DNA from: a virus
Taxonomy: Duplodnaviria > Caudoviricetes
Length of the DNA stretch: 64,000 nt
Direction: 5' to 3' (one strand)
IMG/VR virus record: IMGVR_UViG_3300010356_002264
Shown: positions 35,184-48,819 of the stretch, piece by piece
Numbering within the stretch: position 1 is the first letter of the stretch
Layout: every line of letters begins with the position of its first letter
Position numbers and translations under genes: made by a program
Notes under the pieces: model-generated
Seen by the model: only the letters and a program-made list of their open reading frames with translations
Databases searched by the model: none
What the model was told of the DNA's origin: nothing

Positions 35184-35437
35184 CGGCGAGCCCTGGGGGC
35201 CGATCCCCGGACGAAGCTGAAGTGGACGACGCGGAGCTCGCGCTCTCCCTCCACCAGCACGGCGACGTGCTGCCCCCCGACGAGATGGTGGTGGGAGTCC
35301 TCGCGGAGGAAGCCCTGAAACGTGGCTGTCTGCTCGATGCGGCGTGGGGGTGACAGGTCCTTCTGGTAGACCTCGACGAGGACCCGCGACCCCACCTGGC
35401 GTCGCTTGAGGTTAGCCCGCAGGCGCGTGAAGTCCAT
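35180..35437 (-). CDS. Hypothetical protein
   Basis: MDFTRLRANL; GGAGG SD. Confidence 0.55.
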   Translation of the reverse strand: MDFTRLRANLKRRQVGSRVLVEVYQKDLSPPRRIEQTATFQGFLREDSHHHLVGGQHVAVLVEGERELRVVHFSFVRGSAPRARR

Positions 35438-36027
35438 CAGTCCTCCACGTGCCGAAGGCCGAAGGACGTCGCGGCGCTGACGAGCGCGCGGAACGCGTGG
35501 TTCTCGGTGGGTCCCGCGTCGTGGATGCCTCGGCGGTGGCGAAGGCGTGCGCGCCAGCAGCCCGACCGGCCCGAGTGGAACCCGCTGGGGTCGAAGTACA
35601 CCTCGACGTCGGCCGTCGTGTAGCTGTCCTCGTGGAGCGTGTGGGGAGACGCGTCGGGCGGCAGGGGCTCGAACGCCGACTCCAGCGGGTCGCAGAGACA
35701 CGAGTGCAGCCTCTCGCTGCACGTCGCGCAGCGGTCGCCTCCGTCCGTGACCAGGCACAGGTAGCTTGAGGGCTGGACCTTTCGGCGCATGAGGGGCAGC
35801 GACGCGCGGCAGAACGGGCAGGCCACCAGGCCCGCCACCTCCCCCATGCACCAGGAGCCCGTCCATAGGTGGGAGGCCAGCATCCCTCCGTTGTGGACGC
35901 GGAACCGAATGTGCGACTCGGCGCGTCCGCAGCAGGTGGGTCGGGGACGCAGCGCCTCGATCTCCTGCCGCCGTCGGTCGAGTAGGTTGCCGCGGAACTC
36001 TCGGATCTGCCTGGGAACGTCGCTCAT
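35437..36027 (-). CDS. Cys-rich hypothetical protein
   Basis: CPFC and CATC..CLC; motif 38 nt upstream. Confidence 0.65.
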   Translation of the reverse strand: MSDVPRQIREFRGNLLDRRRQEIEALRPRPTCCGRAESHIRFRVHNGGMLASHLWTGSWCMGEVAGLVACPFCRASLPLMRRKVQPSSYLCLVTDGGDRCATCSERLHSCLCDPLESAFEPLPPDASPHTLHEDSYTTADVEVYFDPSGFHSGRSGCWRARLRHRRGIHDAGPTENHAFRALVSAATSFGLRHVED

Positions 36028-36139
36028 CCCTGATGGGTAGAGCGATGCCGACCGACCGGAGCTGAAGGAGTTTCGTCAACCCACCCGCTGGGCTACGAGA
36101 CGTCAGCTCCATCCCGCCGGAAGGTTCCGACCCTTGGTC

Positions 36140-36484
36140 ATGCAGACCTTCATCCTGCGGGAGGAGCACGTGAAGCTGCTCCGCGCCGCCTCCGTCGACA
36201 CGAACCTGGCCGAGTGGGGAGCCCCCACGATCGACCCGAAGCGCCCCTTCGGCAACGGCGACATCACCGGAGACATGGCCCGCATCCTCGGGATGCCGGA
36301 CCCCTCGGAGCTCGGGAAGACCGACCGGGAGCGGTTCGAGCGTCTGATGCTGAAGCTCTTCCGGGAACTCGGCGACGCCCTCCAGGTGGTGCTGGCGGCC
36401 GGGTCGTTCGCGCCGGGGACCTACGTGCAGGGGCTGGTGGACGGGCGCCACTCGTGGCGGCGCGTCGATCGGCTTACCGACTGA
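36140..36484 (+). CDS. Hypothetical protein
   Basis: IDPKRPFGNGD; motif 37 nt upstream. Confidence 0.7.
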   Translation: MQTFILREEHVKLLRAASVDTNLAEWGAPTIDPKRPFGNGDITGDMARILGMPDPSELGKTDRERFERLMLKLFRELGDALQVVLAAGSFAPGTYVQGLVDGRHSWRRVDRLTD

Positions 36485-36512
36485 TAGCCTATATGGCTAT
36501 CAAGCCATCTAG

Positions 36513-37514
36513 CTAGCTCTTTAATTCAGAATAGAACACGCCGTAGCTATATTCGCTTAAATCGACCCATTTGTCCTCGTGAACTTTAACTGAGGTATGT
36601 GGTGCCACACACCATAAGTAACCAGGCCACGGTTGGAGAGCTGCAATGATTAGTTGCGTTTTATTCACAGTAACGTGAAGCGGAACAGTTTGATTGATTA
36701 TGTCAACCCACCCTGTGTAGGGTGCGTTATTGATGTATGTTATTATAGGTAGGGGCAAGGATTCTAACCCCAGGCTCTCCAAATTCATGTGCTTAAAGCG
36801 AGCTGCTGATAGTTCTTTAGCCGTTTTTCGTGGGTCTTCATTGCTCCAATTCTTGGGATAGTCGACCTCAAAAATGGGTACGAGACTATCGACGACGCTC
36901 CACATAATTAAGATTCTTTGCTTCTTGGTAGTCACTTCTTTCCATGACCTATTGTTTATAGATATACGATTGTCAATCGCGGACAACGCGATTCTATGTA
37001 TTATAGACCTCAAACAATCAAACAAGTGTGACTTACACACCTTACCTTCCCAGTCCCTGCACTTTACACTGTAAGTGGTGGATGCGTGACATGCCCCGTT
37101 GTGTTTATCAAGAGAAGTGTTCCTGACACTTACGTAGTCGCATGTAATAGCACGGAACAGCACATACTCGTCCAACAGACTGTTACCATCTCTCTGTATC
37201 ACAGAATATTTTGATCCCGCGGGGGCTTCTGCCAGTACGACTCTTATGTCAGGAGGTACTGATCGAGCCAGTTCAATAGGTTTTTGAATTGACTCGTCTA
37301 ATATCCCCTTAACCTCTACAAAAACGCGGGCACCAGGTAGCCAGAAGTCGGGCAGGTACCACGTCCCGCTCGGTAGCTGGTAGCCCTCCTGCTCGTAGGT
37401 CCACTCGATCCCCTTGGAGTCGAACCACTCGGCCCAGGCGGCTTCCAGCTTGGAGCGGAACTTGACGCCCTTGTAGGTGGTGGGGATGGCGGCGATGCGA
37501 GGTGGGGTGCTCAT
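36513..37514 (-). CDS. PD-(D/E)XK nuclease with AT-rich C-terminal region
   Basis: YKGVKFRSKLEAAWA..FD, YEQEGY, YLPDF, FVEVKG. Confidence 0.8.
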   Translation of the reverse strand: MSTPPRIAAIPTTYKGVKFRSKLEAAWAEWFDSKGIEWTYEQEGYQLPSGTWYLPDFWLPGARVFVEVKGILDESIQKPIELARSVPPDIRVVLAEAPAGSKYSVIQRDGNSLLDEYVLFRAITCDYVSVRNTSLDKHNGACHASTTYSVKCRDWEGKVCKSHLFDCLRSIIHRIALSAIDNRISINNRSWKEVTTKKQRILIMWSVVDSLVPIFEVDYPKNWSNEDPRKTAKELSAARFKHMNLESLGLESLPLPIITYINNAPYTGWVDIINQTVPLHVTVNKTQLIIAALQPWPGYLWCVAPHTSVKVHEDKWVDLSEYSYGVFYSELKS

Positions 37515-38542
37515 GGGGTGCGTCCTGCCTGGGGTTCGAGGTGTTCGACTGCGGGGTACCAGGTGCGGCATACCCTCAGAGCTGACGTCTTGAGCCGGTC
37601 GAGCACCCCGAGCAGGTGAGAGGCGGCCTCGCCCGACCGGATCTCCGTCTCCGAGTACCGGAGCGCCGAGTAGCCGAGGGCGTAGAACGCCTGGGCGGTC
37701 TCGGTGTCGTAGTCGATGCACGCCGACGGATCGCGGAAGCGGCAGCTGGGGCCATGGAAGGCTTCACCGTCGCAGAAGATGAGGATCGTCCGTCCATCCT
37801 CCAGGCGCACCTCGATGTCGGCCTCTCGGCAGGTCGTCTCCCCTCGGACTTGGATCGTGCGCCAGCGATTGCGAGCGTGGATGACGATGCCTTCCGCCTC
37901 CATCTGGCTCACTAGCTCGTCTTCCAGGCCGCTGTGGAGCGTAAGGAGGGTCAGAGTCTGATGGATGGTTCGGACCTTCCGCGTGTGCATCATGCGGTCG
38001 AGGATCTCCTTCCCGAACGCATGCTCACCGATGGCCCGCAGCACCGGGTAGGTGACCCCCGCTTGCTGTCGGATGTCGTTGATGCGGTCGCCGGCCTGGA
38101 TGGCGTGAACGACCCTCTGATAGGTGGGGTCCCCTGGCTCCCAGCGAAGCGTCCTCGCAGTCAGCCCGTCTCGCCGCACCATGGGCACCTTGCCCTTTGG
38201 GCTGAGGTGATCAGTCGGCTTGGTGTCGAAGGTCAGGGCCTCGTACTGGCGCTTCCCGAGCTTCCTCCGCAGGTCGTCGCAGGTGGGGCAGCGCTTACGC
38301 CCCTTGAGCGCCTTGTCGCGCACCTCAAAGAGGCTCCCGCACTTCCTGCACCTCGTCGTGAGCCGGTACTCTGCGCGCCAGGCTAGCCACTCGTGTAGGA
38401 GCTTCCGGTGATCGTCGTCGAGGCGCTTGCGGAGGTGCTGTGTGAGGGCGCGGTAGGTGGGCATGGGCTGCCCGCAGACCCGGCAGTCGCCTAAATAGTT
38501 CATTCTGCCAGGGTAGCATACTACCGCATTATATTGTTCCAA
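37511..38542 (-). CDS. Zn-finger plus Vsr/DUF559-like endonuclease (start may be 38503)
   Basis: CxxC..H, CRKC..CPTC; EADI, FCDGEAFHG, GYSALRY.E. Confidence 0.7.
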   Translation of the reverse strand: MEQYNAVVCYPGRMNYLGDCRVCGQPMPTYRALTQHLRKRLDDDHRKLLHEWLAWRAEYRLTTRCRKCGSLFEVRDKALKGRKRCPTCDDLRRKLGKRQYEALTFDTKPTDHLSPKGKVPMVRRDGLTARTLRWEPGDPTYQRVVHAIQAGDRINDIRQQAGVTYPVLRAIGEHAFGKEILDRMMHTRKVRTIHQTLTLLTLHSGLEDELVSQMEAEGIVIHARNRWRTIQVRGETTCREADIEVRLEDGRTILIFCDGEAFHGPSCRFRDPSACIDYDTETAQAFYALGYSALRYSETEIRSGEAASHLLGVLDRLKTSALRVCRTWYPAVEHLEPQAGRTP

Positions 38543-39933
38543 GGTCTAGATCGGCCGCGGAACTGCTCGCCCTCGGGCTTGGCGGGGTCGTCGGTCACCA
38601 TGGGGACGAAGTGTCGAGGCCCCACGGGGAAGGGGGGACCGGCCCAGCCCTCCTCCTCGTCGTAGGAGATCTCTCCCGTGACGGGCAGGCGCGGCTCGAC
38701 GATGTCGACGTCCCTGGTCTCGGGGTTGGGGAGCAGGACCCCGTAGGTGGGGACGCGGTACCGCACGTCCCCCTCGTCGATGAAGCTGAGCGTGGTGTGC
38801 TGCTGGAGCAGCGCCCCGCGGTTGGTGGGCCGGTGGGTCGGGCCGACGAGGTAGCGCTCCCCCGACTGCTTGACGACGAGGTCCCCCTGGCGCACGAGCG
38901 GGACGGGGCCGAAGAAGATGTCGTAGGTGTGCTCCTTGTGCCGACCCCACGGGGTACGCGCGATGCGCCGCGGGGCGTCGTCCGGCGCGATGACGGTGTC
39001 GTACGGCCCCTCGTAGCCCCCCACCAGGCCGGTCCCGAAGCACCGCAGGCACATCGCCTCGGGCTGCCGCGCGTACTCCAGCGTGCGGGCGTCCCGCGTG
39101 CAGGTGCAGGGGAGCCCGTTGATGCGGCGGTTGAAGATCTTCACCCGCTCGCCGCCCTGCTGGAGGATCCAGCCGTTGCGCCGCACCGCCTCGCGCCACA
39201 CGTAGTCGGTCTCCTCGACGAGGAGCTTCGAGAACGGCTTGCTGTGGTCGAGGTTCGACTCGATGTAGGCGACCGGGTTGTTGGGGTCGATGGCGACCGT
39301 CGAGAGGCGGTACCAGGTCCACGTCTCGGTCGAGGGGCTCGGGGTGAAGCCCCTGGTGGTGTAGTAGCTCGCCTCCACGACGGAGGTGGGGCTGGGGCGC
39401 GGGTAGGTGACGGTCCTGGAGGCCACGGGCTCCAGGTCGTCCGCGAGCCCGAGCTCGATCTCGTGGCCGCGGCCGAACACGCGGTCGATGGGCACCTCGA
39501 CCCCGTCGACCCGCACCGCGACGTCGTGGGGGTTGGAGGAGTAGACGGGGGCCTGGCCGGGCGCGGACTCTCCCGGCACCACGATGACCTCGCGGGTCCG
39601 GAGCACCCAGCGCTCCCCGCTCCCCGACTGGCCGCGCAGCGACCACCCTCCCTCCCAGGGGATCCGCTCGTGCTCCACGCGGTGCAGGCGCGGCCCGTCC
39701 TCGTAGTAGGTCCCCCCGATGGGGAACGGGGTGACGCGGTAGTAGGGGCCGCGGTCGGAGGCGTCCGACCTGTACAGGTGGACCCCCACCACGTAGAACG
39801 CGCTGTTGACCGCCTGGACCCCCGGGTCGTCCCACAGGATGCGGGTCACCCGCGGGTCGGGAGCGGGGAGCGCGAAGGCGTTGAGCGGGCCTGCCGGGCC
39901 ACCCGCGGGCGTGTTCCAGTAGGGGGTCCCCAT
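38521..39933 (-). CDS. Putative virion structural protein
   Basis: MGTPYWN start; FN3-like N-terminus; CTC...CLRCFGTG...GY. Confidence 0.6.
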   Translation of the reverse strand: MGTPYWNTPAGGPAGPLNAFALPAPDPRVTRILWDDPGVQAVNSAFYVVGVHLYRSDASDRGPYYRVTPFPIGGTYYEDGPRLHRVEHERIPWEGGWSLRGQSGSGERWVLRTREVIVVPGESAPGQAPVYSSNPHDVAVRVDGVEVPIDRVFGRGHEIELGLADDLEPVASRTVTYPRPSPTSVVEASYYTTRGFTPSPSTETWTWYRLSTVAIDPNNPVAYIESNLDHSKPFSKLLVEETDYVWREAVRRNGWILQQGGERVKIFNRRINGLPCTCTRDARTLEYARQPEAMCLRCFGTGLVGGYEGPYDTVIAPDDAPRRIARTPWGRHKEHTYDIFFGPVPLVRQGDLVVKQSGERYLVGPTHRPTNRGALLQQHTTLSFIDEGDVRYRVPTYGVLLPNPETRDVDIVEPRLPVTGEISYDEEEGWAGPPFPVGPRHFVPMVTDDPAKPEGEQFRGRSRPWNNIMR

Positions 39934-39993
39934 ACAAGACGCGGCCCCATAGGGCGGACAGCTCCACCTCGTCGCGCGGGCACGGGGCCTAGC

Positions 39994-40998
39994 GTGCCTG
40001 TCCCGATCATAAGGGTCGAGGAGCCCCTCTTCTTGCTCGACGAGCTCGGCTACCTCCCCGTCCCCGTGCCCCCAGGGGCTGCGGGGTACGTGGACCTGAG
40101 GGGTCACTAGATGGGTGGCGTCTACCTGCCGACCGACGACCTCGGGTTCACGACCCGGCCGATGTTCGTCTACGTGAGCTCGTCTGACGAGGGCGGGCGC
40201 GAGCACGCGTACACGTTCGGGACGCGCTGCCTGCTGTGCGGGTCCACCCCGAACCTGCTGAGCGCCGGGGCGCTGTACGGCTGGACGCTCCAGCACGTCC
40301 CCGACCTGTCCGGGGTCCCTCGCCTCTCGGTGACGCTACAGTCCAGAGGCGGGGGCCAGGAGGACAGGTGCATGACCTTCTCCGCGGACCTGTTGAGGAG
40401 CCTCACCAGGGACCCGCAGGAGCGGTCCGACGCGTTCCTCGCGCGCGTGCGCCTGCCCGCCCACGGCCGGGTGGGGGAGCGGGAGGCCGCGCGGCGACTG
40501 CGCTGCGGGGACTTCATGCCGGGGCCGATGCTCTGGCGGGAGCGGCTCCGCCTGTGTCGTCCTGTCCAGGTCCCCGACCACCCCACCCACGCGTTCGAGT
40601 GGGCGAGCGAGCCGGAACGCAGCCTGCTCCGCGCGGCCGTCTCGCACCTGTACGAGCTGAGCGTGCTGGCGCGCTACCTACAGAACCGCATGATGGTCCG
40701 CGCCGCCGTGGGGGAGGTTCCGGTCGACGTCACCGACTACGTGCTCATCGAGGCCGTCACCTGCGCGGCGACGGGTCGTGCGCTCTTCTTGCCCGGTCCG
40801 GCGGTCCCGTGGGACCAGGGTGGGCTGGGGGACCTCGGCGTGGACCTGATGACGGATCGTCGTCGGTACGCGCCGACCTACCTCGCGCTGTCCCCGTCCT
40901 CCCTCCGGGCGGCCTTCGCCGAGGTGCAGCAGAACTGCGCCCGCCTGGAGCCGTGGCGATCGATGCGCCTGGACCCCAGCGCGCTGGGAGACGCCTGA
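39994..40998 (+). CDS. Hypothetical protein with in-frame TAG at 40108-40110 (or a 38-aa ORF abutting a 295-aa ORF)
   Basis: GTG 36 nt after ACAGCTC; TAG immediately followed by an in-frame ATG at 40111. Confidence 0.55.
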
Positions 40999-41001
40999 CC
41001 G

Positions 41002-41523
41002 CTACGACCGGTCGGAGGCCGGAGGGAGAGCGCGGCGCTCCCCCTCCACGAGGAGCTCGGTGCCGAGGTGGTCGGCGGCGCGCTCGACCTGCCGCAGGTC
41101 GATGCGGAGGAGCTCGGCGGGCGCTCGCGCCAGCACCAGGGCCGCGACCCCGAGGATCGTGGCGACCAGGGCCGCCGAGTGCAGGGGGATGAGGCACCCC
41201 AGGATGAGGGTGAACACCGAGGCGGACCCGCAGGTGCGGGCCATCCCGTGGAGCTCCTGGGCGCGCGCCTGGTAGCGCGCGTGCGCGCGCTCCACGGCCG
41301 GCGCGATCACGGCGCGGGACACCTCCGCCCACCGCCTGCGGTCCACCTCGTCGACGTCGGGAGGTGATGCGGCGGTGATCGCCGTGCAGAGCGTCTCCCC
41401 GACCGGGCGATCCTGCGGGGATCGCCTCTTGCTCGGGGTTGTGGGAAGGGGGACCTGTACCGCGAGGACGGCCAGCCGAAACGCATCCCCGTAGGGTGTC
41501 TGTACGCCGGTGGGGGGCATCAT
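41002..41523 (-). CDS. Hypothetical two-TM protein
   Basis: Hydrophobic hairpin; start uncertain. Confidence 0.45.
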   Translation of the reverse strand: MMPPTGVQTPYGDAFRLAVLAVQVPLPTTPSKRRSPQDRPVGETLCTAITAASPPDVDEVDRRRWAEVSRAVIAPAVERAHARYQARAQELHGMARTCGSASVFTLILGCLIPLHSAALVATILGVAALVLARAPAELLRIDLRQVERAADHLGTELLVEGERRALPPASDRS

Positions 41524-41599
41524 CGCCTCAGGATACCCGGATCTGCCTCCGATCCCGACCGCGACCCCTGGGTCGCGGGTGCGGGGCGGCTCGCGCTTA

Positions 41600-45863
<4,264 letters not shown>

Positions 45864-45899
45864 GGGGTTTATCGTCTCCCGATCCTCGGGAGGACTCAC

Positions 45900-46886
45900 A
45901 TGATCTCAGCCTGCATGATCGCTCGTAACGAGGAGGCGGTGCTTCCTCGCGTGCTCGCCAGCCTGGCGGCGGCTCCTGCCATCACCGAGGTCTGCGTGCT
46001 CGACACGGGGTCGACCGACCGCACGAGCGAGGTCGCGCGGGACCTCGGGGCGCGCGTCGAGCGCTGGGACGAGGGGAACGACAAGACGGGGTACCTCGCT
46101 GACTTCGCTGCCGCGCGGAACCGCTCGCTCGCGATGGCCACGAACCCGTGGCTCATGATGGTCGACGCGGACGACGTGCTGAAGGTCGACGACCCGAGCG
46201 CCGACGTCGCCGCGTGGCTCACCTCCGCCCACGCCGAGGGGGTGGTGGCGGCCTACATGACGATCCACGACGGGGGCCACTACAGGTTCCAGCAGATCCG
46301 GTTCATGCGGGCCGGCGTCGTGCAGTACGTGGGGCGCGTCCACGAGTACCCCAAGCCCTCCTACCCCTCCCGTCGGTGGGAGGCGTGGCACGTCGAGCAC
46401 CTGCCCGACAAGCGGGGCAAGGAGGGGTCCGACCCCCGCGTGCTCCGCATCCTCCAGGCGATCCCTCCGCGAGAGCGCACGGTGCGCGACTGGTTCTACC
46501 TCGCCCGGTCCCTCTGGTCGAGCGGCTACCACGGGGCGGGCATCGACGCCTTCAACGAGTACCTGCGCAGGGGTCCTGGCTTCCCCGAGGAGGGGTTGTT
46601 CGCGCGCTACTACCTCGCCGACTGCCACGAGAAGATCGGGGAGCGCGCCAAGGCCAAGGAGGTCATCTGCTCGGCCCTCGCGGTGGACCCGCGGTACGCG
46701 GAGCTCCACTGCTACCTGGGCGACCTCTTCTTCCTCGACGGGCACTTCAAGCAGGCCCGCGTGTGCTACGAGCTGGCCGTCCACATCGGCAAGCCCCCCG
46801 ACGACGCGCTCCTGTTCGTCGACCTCACCAAGTACGGGAACTACCCGCGCAGCATGATCCGCCGCATGTACCCCGACACCCCCTGA
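45900..46886 (+). CDS. GT2 glycosyltransferase with TPR C-terminus
   Basis: ISACMIARNEE, LDTGSTD, DFAAARN, VDADD, GRVHE. Confidence 0.92.
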   Translation: MISACMIARNEEAVLPRVLASLAAAPAITEVCVLDTGSTDRTSEVARDLGARVERWDEGNDKTGYLADFAAARNRSLAMATNPWLMMVDADDVLKVDDPSADVAAWLTSAHAEGVVAAYMTIHDGGHYRFQQIRFMRAGVVQYVGRVHEYPKPSYPSRRWEAWHVEHLPDKRGKEGSDPRVLRILQAIPPRERTVRDWFYLARSLWSSGYHGAGIDAFNEYLRRGPGFPEEGLFARYYLADCHEKIGERAKAKEVICSALAVDPRYAELHCYLGDLFFLDGHFKQARVCYELAVHIGKPPDDALLFVDLTKYGNYPRSMIRRMYPDTP

Positions 46887-46924
46887 CTCAGCTCCCGTGC
46901 CCCGTGTCTCGTCGACTACGGGGC

Positions 46925-47245
46925 ATGCCCCTCACGGTCGACCCCTCCAAGCCCTCTCCCAAGCTCAACGCCCACGTCGTCACCCTGTTCAAGGTCTCCT
47001 ACCACGACCTGGAGCGCTTCATCCAGGAGGCGACGGGCCGCACCATAAGCGTTCCCGCCGAGATGGAGTGGAGCAACGGGGAGGACCACGAGGTCACCAT
47101 CGACCGGAACGCCGATGACGCCGACGACTACGAGGACTTCCTCGCCGGCCGCCGTACGAACTACGCCCTCTTCGCCATCATGGACGGCCTCGCTCGTGAC
47201 GGCCTGCTCGCGAAGGGCAAGTACCTGATCGAAGTGCTCTGGTAA
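46925..47245 (+). CDS. Hypothetical protein (paralog A)
   Basis: Motif 37 nt upstream; LERFIQEATGR. Confidence 0.7.
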   Translation: MPLTVDPSKPSPKLNAHVVTLFKVSYHDLERFIQEATGRTISVPAEMEWSNGEDHEVTIDRNADDADDYEDFLAGRRTNYALFAIMDGLARDGLLAKGKYLIEVLW

Positions 47246-47254
47246 GGAGCCCGT

Positions 47255-47581
47255 ATGCCGACCCTCATCCCGGCGCCCAAGAAGCGTCCTCCGTCGCCCT
47301 TCAAGCAGGTCACGGCCTTCCACACGGACACCAGCGCCCTGGAGCGGTTCATCAAGCAGGTCACGGGGCGCAGCTACCCGATATGCGCCTGCGAGCTATG
47401 GGGTGACGACGAGTCGCACGAGTTCACCGTGGACGGCGAGGTCCACGAGTACGACGAGGAGAAGGTCCACGCCCTCATGCACGCCAGGATCCCGAAGGAG
47501 CACAGCCTGCGGTCGATCCTGAACGCCCTCTGCCGTGACGGGCACATTGAGAGGGGCCTGTACGTCGTGCAGGCGATCTAG
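47255..47581 (+). CDS. Hypothetical protein (paralog B)
   Basis: AAGGAG SD; LERFIKQVTGR. Confidence 0.7.
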   Translation: MPTLIPAPKKRPPSPFKQVTAFHTDTSALERFIKQVTGRSYPICACELWGDDESHEFTVDGEVHEYDEEKVHALMHARIPKEHSLRSILNALCRDGHIERGLYVVQAI

Positions 47582-48153
47582 TCCGCGCGCTCGGGGAGGC
47601 TCAGGGGAGCGTGTGCGGCCGGCAGGGCTGGAGCGTTCTGCCCCAGGCGCTCCGCGGCCTGGATGAGCCGCCCCATCCCCACCTGGACCTCGGGACGCCC
47701 CAGCGCGCGGAGGAACCCGATGATCCCCAGGCGGGGTGCGGGCGTGGCGACCTCCGTGGCCTCGGGGGCCTCGACCGGCCGGGTTCGACGCTCCACCTCG
47801 GCCGCGTACTTGTCCGCCGACTGGGCGAAGGTCAGGGTCTGGTCGGCGACGCGCCGGAGGTCGGTGACGAGCGTGTGGAGCTCGCCCGACAGCGTCCGCA
47901 CGTCGCCGCGCAGCGCAGCGATCTCGGACGCGGTGGCCACCACGCGGGACGCCGACGCGACCGCCTCCAGTCGCTGGAGGATCTCCGTCAGAACCGCCGA
48001 GTCCCCGTGGCGAGTCAGCAGGGTCTCGAACGTCGTCTTGAGGCGCTCCGTCCCCGAGCGCACCTCCGCGAGGATCGCCTCCGCCCAGGAGGGCGTGTCC
48101 CCGAAGGGAAGTGGAGTGGGAGTGGGTGGAGTGGGAGCGGTTTTCTTCGGCAT
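47578..48153 (-). CDS. Helical hypothetical protein
   Basis: MPKKTAP; C-terminal GIIGFLRALGRPEVQ.GMG (DUF1641-like). Confidence 0.6.
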   Translation of the reverse strand: MPKKTAPTPPTPTPLPFGDTPSWAEAILAEVRSGTERLKTTFETLLTRHGDSAVLTEILQRLEAVASASRVVATASEIAALRGDVRTLSGELHTLVTDLRRVADQTLTFAQSADKYAAEVERRTRPVEAPEATEVATPAPRLGIIGFLRALGRPEVQVGMGRLIQAAERLGQNAPALPAAHAPLSLPERAD

Positions 48154-48306
48154 GGTCGTCCTGTTGTCGATGGTGAAGCGCCGCCATCTGGCGCACAGAG
48201 GATACATCCTTCAACCATTCTCCTCCATCCCAAGATGCGCGCGCTCCCATGGATCTGTTGCGTCGGTGGTAGACCTGAGTTCGCGGCGGGGTACTCGACG
48301 GGAGCG

Positions 48307-48600
48307 CTACGTCGCGGGGTTCGCAGCACTCCCGAGGAGCACGCGGTTCTCCTCCTTGCCGAGGGGCTGCTTGCAGGGTCGGTAGTACCCGTCTCGCCGG
48401 AGGGAGACGCGCACGCCGGCCGAGGCCCCGAAGCCGCGGAACACGGCCTCCAGGCCGCTGTCCGACACCCAGGTGATCTCGCCCTGGACCTCCTTGGTCC
48501 CCACGAGCTGGGTCGCGGGCATCTTGGTGGTCGCCATGGTGTGGGCCGGGTGGTAGCCCTCCGGAGTCGGAAGGGCGGGCGGGTCTTTGGGCTTGCTCAT
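48307..48600 (-). CDS. Hypothetical protein
   Basis: ATGA overlap with an upstream 37-aa ORF (48597-48710). Confidence 0.5.
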   Translation of the reverse strand: MSKPKDPPALPTPEGYHPAHTMATTKMPATQLVGTKEVQGEITWVSDSGLEAVFRGFGASAGVRVSLRRDGYYRPCKQPLGKEENRVLLGSAANPAT

Positions 48601-48819
48601 GGGGCCTGCTCCGATCCCTTGCTCCCCTTCAGCGAGCACATGACCAGGGCCTCCAGCACGGGCATGGCGAGCGTATGGTTGCGTGGGTCCTGCGGGATGT
48701 GTTCTGCCATGCGGTGATCCCGAGGTCCCACCGTGGCTCGGAGCTGTGGAGGGGTCAGCTCCGCTCCTCCGGGTCTCGTCGATTGGTTCCCCGCCTGTAG
48801 GGGAGTGATAGGTAAGCCC

